64,000 bases of DNA from Octopus sinensis (GCF_006345805.1 NC_043024.1:12772001-12836000); one strand, 5' to 3'; shown: positions 26,421 to 40,640, counted from the first letter of the stretch. Notes: generated by a model from the letters alone, not told the origin. Numbers and translations: made by a program.

Positions 26421-26882
26421 GGAAATCAGGTAACAGGCCCTATGAGTTCTGGGACCCGAGGGTGTAATATCCAGCGGTTGATGATTATGACCTGCCTCTG
26501 GCTTGAAAAGACGGCAGGCCTTGGACTAAGACAACATTGCCTATTATTTCTAGCAAGTCTCACACCCAAGCCGTACCTATTGGCTTCGTAGGTTGTATCT
26601 TTTAATCTAGTGAAGCAACGAAGAAGCCACATATCTCTGAAGAGTCAATTGGCATCTTTTGAAACAAATAACATTTTTAAAAGAAACATTTGTACTGCAT
26701 CATTCGAGTTGATTAATTTTAATTAAAACCTATTTTGGTGGATTAAAAAAAAAAGGAAACTATTAATAGCCTCTTTAACTACGATTGTAACCGCTTCTTT
26801 AAAGTAAATGCAAGTGTGTATAAAACGGAAATCCGAAGAAATATTCGTAAACAATTTCATTTTCGTTCTTTTTTTTATTAGT

Positions 26883-27272
26883 TTTTACTTGTTTTAAGCA
26901 TTGGTCTGCGGCCATGCTACAGTACAGCCTTGAACGATTTTATCGAACAGATCAACTTCAGTACTTTATTTATTTATTTATTTATTTAAATATTTATTTT
27001 TGAAGTCTGGTAATTGTATGAGTTTCTTTTGCGAAACCGCTTAAACCAGTCAATACCAGTTGTGAAGCGATGGTGAGGACGAACACAAACGCAAAAATAC
27101 ACATATCCATATTTAGATATACACGATGGGCTTCCACACAGTTTTCTTCAACCGTGCATTAGCCAGTTTGGTGCTATAGAACACTCTTGCCCACGGTACC
27201 GGTCACAGAGACTGAACCCAAACCTTGTGGTTGCAAAGCGACCATCTTAACCAAAGAGCCAAGCCTGCGACT
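26883..27272 (-). mobile_element. Older SINE family A copy
   Basis: tacttgtttt...ctgcggccatgc tail and gactgaaccc...ttaacca...agcc head on the reverse strand. Confidence 0.75.
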
Positions 27273-28172
27273 ACAAGACTAACAGACGTTACGGCACGGA
27301 AGGGTTGGAGATATTTTTCCGAAATTCTTCCACATTAATTTACTTAAGTTTAAATTTACGAAAAAATATCTTTACCAACGTAAATTCTTAGCGAAATGCA
27401 GCCTTGTAAGGGGACAGGGAATTTCAATGCGGCCTTCCAACAAGGATCTACATCTATACTCTTCTACTTGCTTCATGGTAGATGTGAGTGAAGGAGCCGG
27501 GAATCACAGAATTTTTTTTAGTGACTATCTCATAATTTACTCTTCTTTCGGGGAAAAAGAAGCGAAATATAAAACTAAATAAATAAATAAATACATAAAT
27601 AAAGATAATTTCGCAGACACTGAAACAATGAAGTAATCTACCGGGACGTCGTTGAAGTAATTAGAATCTATGGCTAATCAATCAATCTGCCAACAGGACA
27701 TATACTCAACCATTATACACTACTCAAGATATATACTGTACACTAATTCAACATACATACGTACGTCGTACATACACACACACATATTCAAATACTAGAC
27801 ATGGCATTGGTGTATAGGAATATACCATGTTATCTGAAATCAATATTTTTAATTGCTTAATAAAGTTTTATACAATCTCATACTAATTTTAAAGTTTGGC
27901 GAAAGTAAGCACTTGCTCAGCTGAGGAAAACTAATAAGCCTGAAACATTTCCAGAATTTTTCTCTCTTGGGTGGGTCATTGTGCTAATACCACCAACAAA
28001 CCACCACTACTACTACGACGACGATGACGATGACGACGAAGGTTCTATGCACTTGAAAGACTGCTGAAAACTTATGGATACCTAAAGTTACAGGTAATAA
28101 CCCGCTATCCACATAAATCCTGCCAGGAATAAGACCAAACCTGAGAAAATCCATAATAATAATAATAATAAT

Positions 28173-28935
28173 GTATTAAGATGGAGTTTGGGCTCTCAAA
28201 ATGTGCTACGATGGTGATGAGACGAGGAAAGCTTGTCAGGAGAGAAGGCATAGGTTTGCCAAGTGGTGAAATGATGAAGGCAATGCAAACTCAATCCAGC
28301 TATAAATACCTGGGAATATTTGAGGCAGATGGAATCAAACACCATGACACGAAAGAAAAGACAAACAGAGAGTACCTGTGGCGAGTGAGAAAAATACTGG
28401 TTTCATGGCTGAATGCCAGGAACATTATTTCGGCAACAAACTCGCGCGCATTCGCAGTAGTTCGGTATAGAGCTGGAATCCTGAAGTGGGCAGAGGAGGA
28501 GCTAAATGAGATGGACACAAAGTCAAGAAAGCTCCAAACGGTGCATGGGGCCCATCGTCCATATGTAGACACTGATAGCCTATACATGAAGAGAGCAACT
28601 GGAAGAAGAGGACTGATAGGTATGGAAGACTGTGTACGTATCGAACACAAGAGTTTAATGACATACGTAGCCCAAACTAAGGAAACCTTGCTAATGACAG
28701 TTAGGAACGAAGGAATATTGAAAGCAGAAAAAAATGAAGTACAAAAAGGATACGAAGAAGAACTACGCAACAAAGGACTACACAATCAAGTCCCATGTAA
28801 CCACAACAGATGTTGCTGGAAAAAAAAAGGTGGGATTGGCTGAAGAAAGGAACCTTAGAAAAAGAAACCGAGAGCACTATTCTGGCAGCGCAAGACCAAG
28901 CTTTGGCCACGAACTGGAGGGTCAACGTTTGGAAT
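28173..28935 (+). pseudogene. R4/Dong-type (RLE) non-LTR retrotransposon, RT C-terminal/thumb fragment
   Basis: ORF 28181-28843 MEFGLSKCA...YKYLGI...RVRKIL...LNARN...LYMKR..GRRGLIG, then frameshifted WDWLKKGTL.KETESTILAAQDQAL; begins right after (TAA)n. Confidence 0.9.
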
Positions 28936-28959
28936 GAGCAAGTGTCTTTTCTTGCCTTT

Positions 28960-28993
28960 AAAAATCGACACGAACTTTCCGGACAACCCAACA
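28960..28993 (-). mobile_element. Isolated mariner-type TIR remnant
   Basis: aaaaatcgacacgaactttccggacaacccaa; the revcomp resembles the ttgggttg...aaagt TIR seen at 22432. Confidence 0.5.
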
Positions 28994-30879
28994 TTTTACT
29001 GTCAGGAGAAATAAAGACTAAATTATGATAATTTATTTCTTAAGGCCTCCGTAGTGAGTTACCCTTAAAGTGGAGATTTTATCTGAATGCTTATAACAAT
29101 GAGGGTGTTACACGAATGAACAGGTTGTTTGCCAGCCAAGAATTCAGTATTTAAAGAGTCGCAACAAATATTGTAAAGAATTTGCTCTTAATTGCGAAGT
29201 GTTGCCTCAGTCCATCGCCCTTGCTCGATAATTTAGTGTCTTCACCCTCAAAATAGAAAGCTGAATCCAGCAGAATTTGAACCAAGAACGCAAAGAGACG
29301 GAGTAAGTTTTGCATTGCATTATTATCTACGCTTTAATGATTTCAGTCAATAGAATGAAAAAAGTGTGGAGTGAACTGTTGTCAGACGTTGCCATGGAGT
29401 AGTAAACCTATAATTTGAAAAATGTGTACCCACCATTGTGATACCGTTGTATCGACCGTTACCATGGAGATGAGGGTCTTAACAAATCGCCATGAAGTTG
29501 AGGCAAGTGTTGCCATGGAGTCGTGATGTTCAGCACTACCACCACGTGGTATAAAAACATATTACCACGAAGGAGTTGTGTCAACCATTTTTCTATTTAT
29601 TTTAATTCCATGAAGATGAAATCTCGGTTTTCCATGATGATAAAATCTCGACTATTTCCACGAAGCTGAAGATCAACCAGCTTCGAAATATCGACAAAAA
29701 TATCAGAAAGAAAAAAAAACAGAAACCAAAGAAACAATAACAAAACACTGTCGATATTATAGAAAGCTTGCTTTTCTCTCAGGCATAGATAATACGATTA
29801 TATTGACATTAGCTGTGTATTAAATACCTGCATATCGGCCTCAGATATTTGCTTTAAAAAATCCGAAAGCTTAAATATAACTCCAATAATGAAGAGTATG
29901 TTTGTTTCTGGATCAATGTAACTTTGAACCATTCTATTATTATCATTATTATTATTATGATTATTATTATTATCATTATTATCGTCTTTATTATTAAGAG
30001 CTTAAATGATATTTGGAAAGATTTTGATACCATTTAAAAGTTTCCCCAAATGCAAAGCTATTTACGAGGTCAGATCAATGACACACGAGGCTTTACTAAA
30101 TTATATACTGGACATATGCTTACTCAAGGGCCCGATCCCCCTGAGCTCCACGTGGGAGAACCATTTATTTCCAGTATAATATCGGGATTACCAATTCCTT
30201 GTCGGGCACACAATTGTGTGTGTGAGTCTCTTGAAACACTTCCGCAGGTGGAGACTAGCTCGGTCACGATGTCCTACTCAGGTAAAGCGTACCAATAGAC
30301 AATACTTAAGGGTTTTCAACATTGTAATGGATTCAGAAGTGCTTGCAAAACCTTTCAGTCCGGGTAAAGCATCATCGAAGTTTATTCCATCCATCCATCC
30401 ATCCGTCTATCAATCAATCTATCCATCTCTGTCTATCTATCAATCTATCTATCTATCTATTCATCCATCTATCTATCTATCCGTCTGTCTGTTTGTCTAG
30501 CTAGTTAGCTAGTTACCTATAGGGTAAGGTGTGTGTAAATCATTTTGAAGAGTAGTCCTTTTCTAAAAATTCAAACTTTGTCGAAAACAGAAATCGATTA
30601 AGTAACAGAACAATATTGATATTAGGACAAATGGCAGTGCTGTAGAATGGGCGGTGCTGTCTAGTGGCTGAGACAAGTAAAAGAAGGAGGGGAAAGAGAC
30701 AAGTCTACAGATGAGCGTACATAGAGTATCGTTTAGTGGCCATTAAAACAAAGGTATATGTTACCTTTTACGTTTTCGTCTTTCGATAGAAGGTCAATCG
30801 GTCACTTGGAGGCCACCTCCTCGGCTGGTAAAAATAAATGATTTGTATACAGAATTTCGAATGTCAATGAGAGAGCTAA

Positions 30880-31195
30880 ATGGTGCCCCATCGGTTACAG
30901 CAATGGCGGTTCCAGTTGATCCGATCAATCGAACAGCCTGCACGTGGAATTAACGTGCAAGCGTCTGAGCACTCCACTGACTCACGTACCCATAACATAG
31001 TCCTCAGGAAGATTCAACAAGACACAAAATATGAGAAGGCCGGCCTTTTGAAATAAAGGTACTTTCCATTATTTCCAGCTTGGACCAACGTGAAATAAAG
31101 TGTCGTGCTCAAGGACAAAACGTACCGCCGGGAAATGAACACAGCGTCTTATAATCGTGAGCCGAATCCCCTAACGGTTAAGTCACGCACGTTCA
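30880..31195 (-). mobile_element. SINE family D copy
   Basis: Minus strand: gcgtgacttaaccgttagggg...tgtccttgagcacgacactttatttcacg...gatcggatcaactggaacc. Confidence 0.7.
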
Positions 31196-31565
31196 CGAGA
31201 GAACTATTGTATCGTTGAATAACTGTATTTGATTTAGTCGACTTCATGAATGAAGAAACTATACAAAATACTTCGGATATGAATGAAAAGAATAAAATAA
31301 ACAAATAAAAAAGCCACGTAGGAGCTAATCATATTATGAACGTATGAAATGAATGATTAAAACCGGACAAAATGCTAACAATAACGTAATAGGCATGAAT
31401 GCTCTCCATGTTGTAATAATGTGCAATCGTTTATAATATTTTGATTTGGGATTTAAGTGATTTGGAAAAGGGAATCAGAAAACTAATTAAAATAATTGAT
31501 ATCATTTGGAGTGAACCAACCTGAAGCGGACAAGTAATACACACACACAAACGCGCACACACACG

Positions 31566-31609
<44 letters not shown>

Positions 31610-33210
31610 CGTGTGTGTGTGTGTGTATCTAAGTATGTATGTATATACATACATGTGTCTGTGTGTGTTTGTACACAGAACTTTCTGACACTGATTAGGA
31701 AACGATTACCGTCGATTTGAACAACCTCAATCGCAACTGGTCAGAGCTGCAAAGAATTTGAACTGTGAAAATGAAACGAAATAATTAAATGCCTCAAGGA
31801 ATATTGCCAGGAGAGATTTTCTAGGATTAATGATTTCTTACATAATTACACGGTTTTTGATCAGACTGACCTCGATAACTGACAGGAAATTATTGTCATA
31901 ATCGGCTCCAGAAACAATGTCAAAGCAAAACCTGTCTTACTGGTATTCGCATGTGGAATTTTAAGGTTGACATTACGGAATTATTTCCATCATTCTACCG
32001 ATTCTGCCTGTCTGGCGCTGATCAGATTTGAACTCAGAACGTAGTGGGATACAAAGAAATGACGGGTGGTATGTAATGCAACGATCGGCATTTCAATCTC
32101 TGATGTGGAAAAGTAGAATTGTTAAAATATCGAAGAGAGTCTTGGAGATACTGGATTAAAAGATCCTTAGAGCGTCGGAAATATACTTTGCAGTATTTAT
32201 TCCGATAAATATAATGCAGCGATTGCACTAATCTGAATTCAAATCACGCCGAGATCAAATCTGTGTTTCGTTCTTCACCGAGGACAGATAAAATAAAATT
32301 CTGTTCGAAAACTGAACTTGATTAAATCGACTTCTATTTAATTTATAGACTGGTGCCTGAGGAAGTACCCTTATTTGAAGCAAAATTAAGCCACTTAATA
32401 ATCTTTCCATCTCCACACACTTTTCCTGAGAAGGACGTGGAATTAAGAGTCCTTGGGTACCTCTAAAGGGTCACCCAGAGCCAACAGTTATTATACTGTC
32501 CAGCTGGATTCTTAAGTATAACCAACCGAGGTCATGTATATTATCCAACCATCTCATTCTTGGTCTAGCCGTAGGTTTCCTACAAGAAATTATTCCAAGA
32601 CAGAAGAACCCGTGATGTGATTTTTTTTTTCTGCGACATTCTAATCCCATGTCCGCGGTGACTCCCTGATCTCCGAGCTCCGACCCTTTCGATTAATGTT
32701 ACTCCACAGTTCCTTCTAATGACTTCCACTTCAGCCACTGGTGTTTGCGATCAAAGTATTTCGCTTATTACTCAACTAATTATTAATTTGAAATTTTTAA
32801 TATGATAAATAATCAATTAAATTGTTTACAACATTGATTCTCATCTCCATCTTAACATTTACAACTAAACTATACATTTAAAATAACACAAACATAATTC
32901 TATATAGCACATACACACAGACACACGCACACACACAGATTCCTAATACATTCATATAGACAGTAACACCGCACACATGCAGACATCATTTAACCATCCT
33001 ATAGAGTGACCTTTGTGTAATGATTGCTGATGGACATATAACTTCCTAATGAATGGCAAATTAATTAGATAAGCAGGTATTTATTATCAACATGTGAAGC
33101 ATTCAGACAACAAACCCGTTTCCGATGGCTATCGTATATGTTTTCTCTTAAGTTTCTAAAATTAATAACAACAACAATAATAATAATAATAATAATGATA
33201 ATAATAATAA

Positions 33211-33689
33211 ATGCCCTGATGCAGTACCAGACAGTGGCTCTCTACGGCTTCTGATCTTAACTGATTGGAAGTGTTATCATGTACATTGTTTTGTCTTGGT
33301 ATAAAAGATGGGCTACAGCAAATATTCTGCTCAATACCACAGACTTGCTTGTCAGTTGTTTGACCGTAACCAGTTGAGCATGTCCCTTGGTGGCTGACGA
33401 TATGTGCATCTCTGATCACGAGCAGAAGTAGTGGAGGAGCATCATAGCCATGTGTTGAGAGGGATTCTTTGGGGTTTGGATAATTCGCCTCTGGAAACAT
33501 GTCTTGTTCGTTCAACATCCTTAAACAACTCTTATTCAGAGACCATTTGAGCGGGATGCGATACTCAACATGAGGGAAATTCTAACAGGGCCCCACCTGC
33601 AAGGTCATGCGCTGTTTGTCTTGAAATGAGATCACCATGTCTCGTACATATGATGCATGTGGCTTGTGTACCCTTATCAGACGGGTAGT
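33211..33689 (+). mobile_element. Family C copy 2 (truncated at the right end)
   Basis: Homologous to 5697-6105 and 39435-39965; preceded by (AAC)n(AAT)n. Confidence 0.85.
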
Positions 33690-33902
33690 TTAAGTAGTTA
33701 GAAAGGGCCGTAGAAAATCCAACCCAGAAATCGATGCTTTTGGTTCAAATATTACCGAGTTCGATTTCGTCTTGCATCATTTTGGGGTCGAATTGTATCA
33801 GTCAAATGCTGGGACTGGTATAGTAGCCTATACCCCATCACCCCAAAATTGCTGGTCTTGTGTCAAAAGAATTATTATTATTTGTTGTTATTATTATTAT
33901 TA

Positions 33903-34265
33903 TAAGGCTGCGAACTGGCAGAATCGTTTGCACACCGCGCAAAATGCTTAGCGGCATTTCGTCCGTCTTTACATTCTGAGTTAAAATTCCGCCGAGGTCG
34001 ACTTTTCCTTTCCTCCCTTCGAGGTCGATAAAGTAAGTACCTAGAGTAGAAGGGAATATTATTATTATAAGGCCGCGAGCTAGCAGAATCGTTAGCACGC
34101 CGCAAAAAATGCTTAGTTGCATTTCGTTAGAACACTCTGAGTTCAAATTCCGCCGGGTTCGACATTGTCTTTTATCCTTTCGGGGTCGATAAAACAAGTA
34201 CCAACTGTGGTCGATATAATAAACTTAACCCTCCCTCGATATTGATGATCGTGTGTTAAAATTTG
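33903..34265 (+). mobile_element. Two tandem older SINE B copies
   Basis: aaggc(t/c)gcga(a/g)ct(g/a)gcagaatcgtt heads at ~33904 and ~34069, each after (TAT)n. Confidence 0.8.
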
Positions 34266-34475
34266 AAACTTTCATTACAAGGCGGCAAATCGACAGGATT
34301 TCCTCCAGTTCTCTATCTTATGATTTCAAATCTCACGAAAGCCAACTCTGTTTTTTTGGGGCCTATCAGGGACGATAAAATCAAAATATCAGTCAGCTAC
34401 TGGTTTCGATCTCCTCAACAATCCCCATGACCTCAACATTACTGACCTTGTGTTAAAATCAGATACCACCAGCAA

Positions 34476-34520
<45 letters not shown>

Positions 34521-35163
34521 AACTACTACAGCTTGATTTAGTTGAGGGATGGTGGTGACGTTCGTGCTGATGGCCTTCACAGTTGTTACGCCACGAATCT
34601 TAATCTCCGTCCTTGAAAGTTCCAGAAGATATCTTTCTCGGGCAAACATTCAGCATAACTGGATACCAAGATTTTTTCTATTCGTTCATGCGACTCGCCG
34701 AGGTTACTGAGATAAATAAATGTATAAAATTACGTTTTAAATCTAAGCAAAAACCGATTTTTTTTATGTTCCTGATAAACGATCTTGATTAAATATCCGA
34801 ACAACATTTCTCAGAATCTCTCAACCCTCCCCCCTGATTATTATAGCAATATGAGAACATATGACTTTCTCACTCTTTCGCCAATTGTTTCTATCAATAT
34901 TACAAAATTACAATACAAATGGTTGACAGCAAACATCCTTTGGCGAGTGAAAGCGTCAGGGAGATATCTAAAAACACAACACATCACAGGTACTCCGGTC
35001 GTTACAGTTACAATTGTTACAAACTGGTTTCTACTTGTCTTCACACACACACACACACGGACGGACGGAAGCGCAAATTCAACTTTTCAGTATCGAATTG
35101 TTATCGAGCATAATTTCTTTTTACGGAAGGAATAGAAATCTTCCTCTTTGGAACGTCCCATTC

Positions 35164-35396
35164 AAGGCGGCGGGATGGCAGAAACGTTAGCACGCCGGGC
35201 GAAACGCTTAGCGGTATTTTGTCTGCCGTTACGTTCTGAGTTCAAATTCCACCGAGGTCGACTTTGCCTTTCATCCTTTTGGGATCGATTAAATACGTAC
35301 CAGTTACGCACTGGGGTCGATATAATCGACTTAATCCGTTTGCCTGTCCTTGTTTGTCCCCTCTGTGTGTAGCCCCTTCTGAGCAGTAAAGAAATA
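35164..35396 (+). mobile_element. Young full-length SINE B
   Basis: Complete head, body and gcagtaaagaaata tail; followed by an antisense older copy at ~35425-35640. Confidence 0.92.
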
Positions 35397-36377
35397 AGAA
35401 ATCTTTCTCTTTCTTCAGCATGCTGGTTCCAAATTTTGGCACAAGATAGCATTTTCAGGGTTCGGAGGGGTCGATGACATCGACCCTACTAGTCAAATGG
35501 TACTTATTTTATCAACCTCGAAACGATGAAAGGTAAAGTAGACTTCGCCGCAATTAGAACTCAGAACGTAAAGACGGACGCAATGCAAAACATCACAAAG
35601 AATTCTGCCCGGCGTGCAAACGATTCTACCAACTTATCACCTTCTCTCGCTCTCTCATAGAATGGTGTGTAAATGAAGAACGGCAATTCTCTGTAGCTAC
35701 AAAAGTTGATATGTACAGAAAGAGAATTTTTACCCGTTTGCCTGGGGTTTGCCACGTGATGTAGACACACCTAATAAAGCCCAGTCAATGTTGAAAATTG
35801 ATTAAGCCTATTCAGCTTTTTTTTCAGTCTACAAGGAAACAAGTACAATCGACACATCTGTTCATCTACTACGTAGGTCTGCTCATTACACACACAAAAT
35901 AACGCACAAGCAATTAGCCGTTCATGGAGTCGCTTCCGTTTCGCTGCTATTATACAAAGCTGCGAAACTGGAAGGACACCAAGAACAGTGAAATTGTATT
36001 ATCTCTTCTGTATTTTGACATACATTCTGAACTCAAACCAATATCGAGTTCAATGATATCTTCATCAACACCACCTACATATATATATACATATCTATGT
36101 ATATAAAGGTGAATATATTTATGTACAAATATATATGCGCGCGGAAATGCATAAAGGTATACATATATATATAAATGTGAACAATACGCACACGCACACT
36201 TTTATACATATGCATACAACCAGTGGTTTATATACAAACATCTTAGATATTAAATTTAGACAGCAGACATATTTGCGTGACTGTACGTACAAGTATATCA
36301 ATAAAATGCTGTAACGTTTATACATATATATATATTTATATATATGTGTGTATACATACATAGATATATGTATACTG

Positions 36378-36548
36378 AGACGCAGGAGTGGCTGTGTGGT
36401 AAGTATTTCTTTACGAACCACATGGTTCCGGATTCAGCCCCACTGCGTGGAACCTCGGGCAAGTGTCTTGTACTATAGCCTCGGGCCGACCAAAGACTTG
36501 TGAATGGATTTGGTAGACAGAAATTGAGAGAAGCCCGTCGTTAATATT

Positions 36549-36579
<31 letters not shown>

Positions 36580-36770
36580 ATCGGTGTATATATGTTTGTG
36601 TGTCTGTCTCCCCGACATTGCTTGACAACCGATGCTGGTGTGTTTACATCCCCGTAATTTAGCGGTTCGGCATAAGAGACCGATCGCATAAGTACTAGGC
36701 TTACAAAGAATCGATTAAAGGCGGTGCTCCAGCATGGCCGCAGTCAAATGACTGAAACAAGTAAAAGAGT
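36378..36770 (+). mobile_element. SINE family A
   Basis: agacgcaggagtggctgtgtggtaag ... gactgaaacaagtaaaagagt. Confidence 0.92.
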
Positions 36771-36821
36771 GCATACATACATATATGTATATATACATAT
36801 ATTACATATATATACATACAT

Positions 36822-36864
<43 letters not shown>

Positions 36865-37052
36865 GCATGTATGTATGTATGTATGTGAGTGTGTGTGTGT
36901 GTGTATGGGTGTGCGTGTATGCTTGTAAGAAACAGAATCTAGAAAATCAATGTAATTGATATTTTGTTGTATTCCCAATTGCCGCTGAATGATAAATACG
37001 CATATACATATATAAACGGATGCACACACACACAAACAAACACACACACACA

Positions 37053-37096
<44 letters not shown>

Positions 37097-37164
37097 ATAG
37101 ACATACACAAATTTTTATGAGCTCATGCATTCATATATAAATGTCTACAAGTACGTACATATGT

Positions 37165-37202
<38 letters not shown>

Positions 37203-37238
37203 GTATGTATATATATATGTATGTATATATATATATGT

Positions 37239-37308
<70 letters not shown>

Positions 37309-37474
37309 ATATATGTATATATATTATATATAGTATATATATATATTATATATATGTATATATATACATATGTATATATATATATGTATGTATATATATA
37401 TATGTATATATATATATGTATGTATATATTATATATATGTATATATATATATTATATATATATATATATATATG

Positions 37475-37529
<55 letters not shown>

Positions 37530-38004
37530 CATATATACATACATAATATATATATATATATATATATATAATACATATATATATACATACATATATATAT
37601 ATACATCCATATATATATACATACATATATATATACATCCATATATATATATATATACAACATATATATACATACATACATATATATACATACATACATA
37701 TATATATACATCTATATATATACATCCATATATATATATACATCCATATATATATATACATGCATATATATATACATCCACATACATATATACATACATA
37801 CATATATATATACATCCATATATATATACATCCATATATATATACATCCATATATATATATACATCCATATATATATATACATCCATATATATATATACA
37901 TCCATATATATATATACATACATCCATATATATATATACATACATCCATATATATATATATACATACATACATATATATATACAACATATATATACATAC
38001 ATAC

Positions 38005-38051
<47 letters not shown>

Positions 38052-38129
38052 CATGCATATATATATATACACATAGATATATATATGTACACAGCGATAG
38101 AGATAAAGACATTGATAGATTGATATTGT

Positions 38130-38162
<33 letters not shown>

Positions 38163-38165
38163 ATA
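36771..38165. repeat. ~1.4-kb compound microsatellite/minisatellite field
   Basis: (TA)n, (CA)n and repeated tacatcca(ta)n units. Confidence 0.95.
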
Positions 38166-38787
38166 GGAGCGTCTGAATACATTTCTTATATCAGTGTGAG
38201 AATTATAATATACAGAGATAAAAAGAATCTCTTAATCTTATCATTAAAACTAAAGGAAAAAAAGCAAAGATATATCATATCCTCATACTACTCCCTTTAC
38301 ACAACAACCGCCGCCACCGGAACCGAAAACGGCAGCACCGCCACCATTAACAACATCAGAAATATTATTAGAATCATAATAGTCCACGAACACAAAAGAC
38401 AAACAGAAATATATCAATGGAACGCGATGACGTTGTTGGCGAAAACCAATGATTCAGAGACTCAATATGTTGTATTAAAAACTAACATTCGTTGGTAAGA
38501 TGTCCCTATGGAGCACTTATTTTTGACTTGTGAAATTAGACTATCGTTTCTCTTTAGAGTGCTGCTGTCCTATTTGGCAACATGCAAAAGATGCTGTACA
38601 GGAAAATTTTGTATTATATATATATATAAAAAAAATTCCTAAACACTTTTGCACCGTGGAATATTACCATTCATATCGTTAAGAAATTCAATTTGTAACC
38701 ATATGCTTGCGGGTTCAATGTCACCCTCGAAGTTAAGCATAGCTTTCTAACAATAATAATTAAAATATAATCTGAGAAGCAAGCCAT

Positions 38788-38853
<66 letters not shown>

Positions 38854-39434
38854 CTGTTTGTGTGTGTGCGTAATTTAACGTACACATTTAAAAGATAGGA
38901 GCTGTTAATATTTTCTTGCATCCTTGACGCGAGTCTTGGCAGGATTCTATTACACGCTTTCTCTTTCCAAGCAAACTTCAGGCTCTGAATTCATGGTCAA
39001 TTCAATTTACAAATTTTGTAAATTGAATAGACCATGTTCTCAGATAAAGTAACATATATATTATAACCAAGGAGAATGTAGATACAGCCATTAATGCACG
39101 GTGTCCTAGACACAATATCGGAGATCGGTTCCTCAGAATCATGGTTAAATATTATTTGCTGTGGATATAAATGTTTGCTATAATTCATATCCATATCATG
39201 TTTGACGTGTTGAAACGGTTGCATTAACATACCAAAAACCCAACGAAAGAAAACAAACGACATCCTCGTTTGAGTTGATCGATCAAGGACAACGATGGAT
39301 CAATAAGAGAAAAGAAAGAATAAATTATAGTAATTTTAATGGTTTCTCTCTTAAAGGTACTTTGCAGTGAAGTAAATAACAACAACAACAAATAATAATA
39401 ATAATAATAATAATTATTATTATTATTAATAATG

Positions 39435-39965
39435 AGTGGCTCTCATGGTTTTTGATCTTAACCATTTGGAAGTGTTATCATGTACATTGTTTTGTCTTGG
39501 TATAAAAGATGGACTACAGCAAATATTCTGCTCAATACCACAGATTTGCTTGTCAGTTGTTTGACCTTAACCAGGTGAACATGTTTCCTGTTGGCTGACG
39601 ATATGTGCTTCTCTGATCAAGAGCAGAAATAGTTGGGGAGCATCATTGCTGTGTTGAAAGGAATTGCTAGAGTTTGGATAATTCACCTCTGGAAACACGA
39701 GTGTTTTGTTCAACATCCTTAAACAATCCTTCTTCAGGGACCTTTTGAGCGGGTTGAGCTATTTGAATTGAAGAAAATTCTAACTGGGCTCCACCTGCAA
39801 GGTCATGCGCTGTTTATCTTGATATGAGATCACCACGTCACGCACATATGGTTGTGATGCATGTAGCTGGTGTACCCTTATCAGAGAGTTAGTCACGATG
39901 CGTATAATGGGCTTCGTATATTTTACCCCAGTGTCACTTTGAGGGCATGCACTGCTCTCTCACTC
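39435..39965 (+). mobile_element. Family C copy 3 (nearly full length, more diverged)
   Basis: agtggctctcatgg...cactgctctctcactc flanked by (AAT)n. Confidence 0.85.
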
Positions 39966-40159
39966 AATAATAATAATAATAAAAATAATAATAATAAAAA
40001 TAATAGTAATAATAGGGAAGCAACTGCCCAGTCGGAGGTTGTGATGTGGCATTATGGAGACACAGGTCTTGGAGGACCTCCATATTGGTGTTGAGAGATT
40101 TTTCTCTTTCATCTTTTTATGAAATTTAAAATAATGTATACAAGCTTATCTTTTATCTG

Positions 40160-40640
40160 TCTCAGTTTTTGAGCTGCGGCCATGCTGGGGTTTCGACTAA
40201 AAGAATATTATTCAGAGAAATCGGAACTAGTACTTACTTTTAAATGCGATACATTTATATAGTATATCCCTATTGTCGAACCGATAAGTTCCGCGGACGT
40301 AAACAAACCAAGGTCAGATCTCAAAGAATGGAGGTGACAAGCACGAAAACAAATTCACATATCTATCTATCTGTCTGTCTGTCTGTCTGTCTATATCTAT
40401 CTATCTATCTGTCTGTCTATATCTATCTATCTATCTGTCTGTCTATATCTATCTATCTATCTATCTATCTCTCTATCTGTCTATCTCTCTATCTGTCTAT
40501 CCGAAGGGCTTGCACAAAATTTCCTTCTACGAAATCCACTGACTAGGCATTGGCCAGTTCGGCGAAAGTGGCAAGCATTGGGTTCGAATCCGGAACAACA
40601 TGGTTGGGAAACAGACCTCTCTTACCACGCAGCCACGTCT
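40160..40640 (-). mobile_element. Old SINE family A copy with internal (TCTA)n
   Basis: gctgcggccatgctgg tail, gaaccgataagtt body and cttaccacgcagccac head. Confidence 0.65.

Noticed and set aside
27790-27970. CTGAGGA...GAAA hammerhead-like motif near 27917
   Set aside because: Helix II and helix III do not pair; at best a decayed copy.
33162-33518. 118-aa minus-strand ORF in family C
   Set aside because: The corresponding frame has a stop in the 5697 copy (TAA versus CAA here), so it is not conserved.
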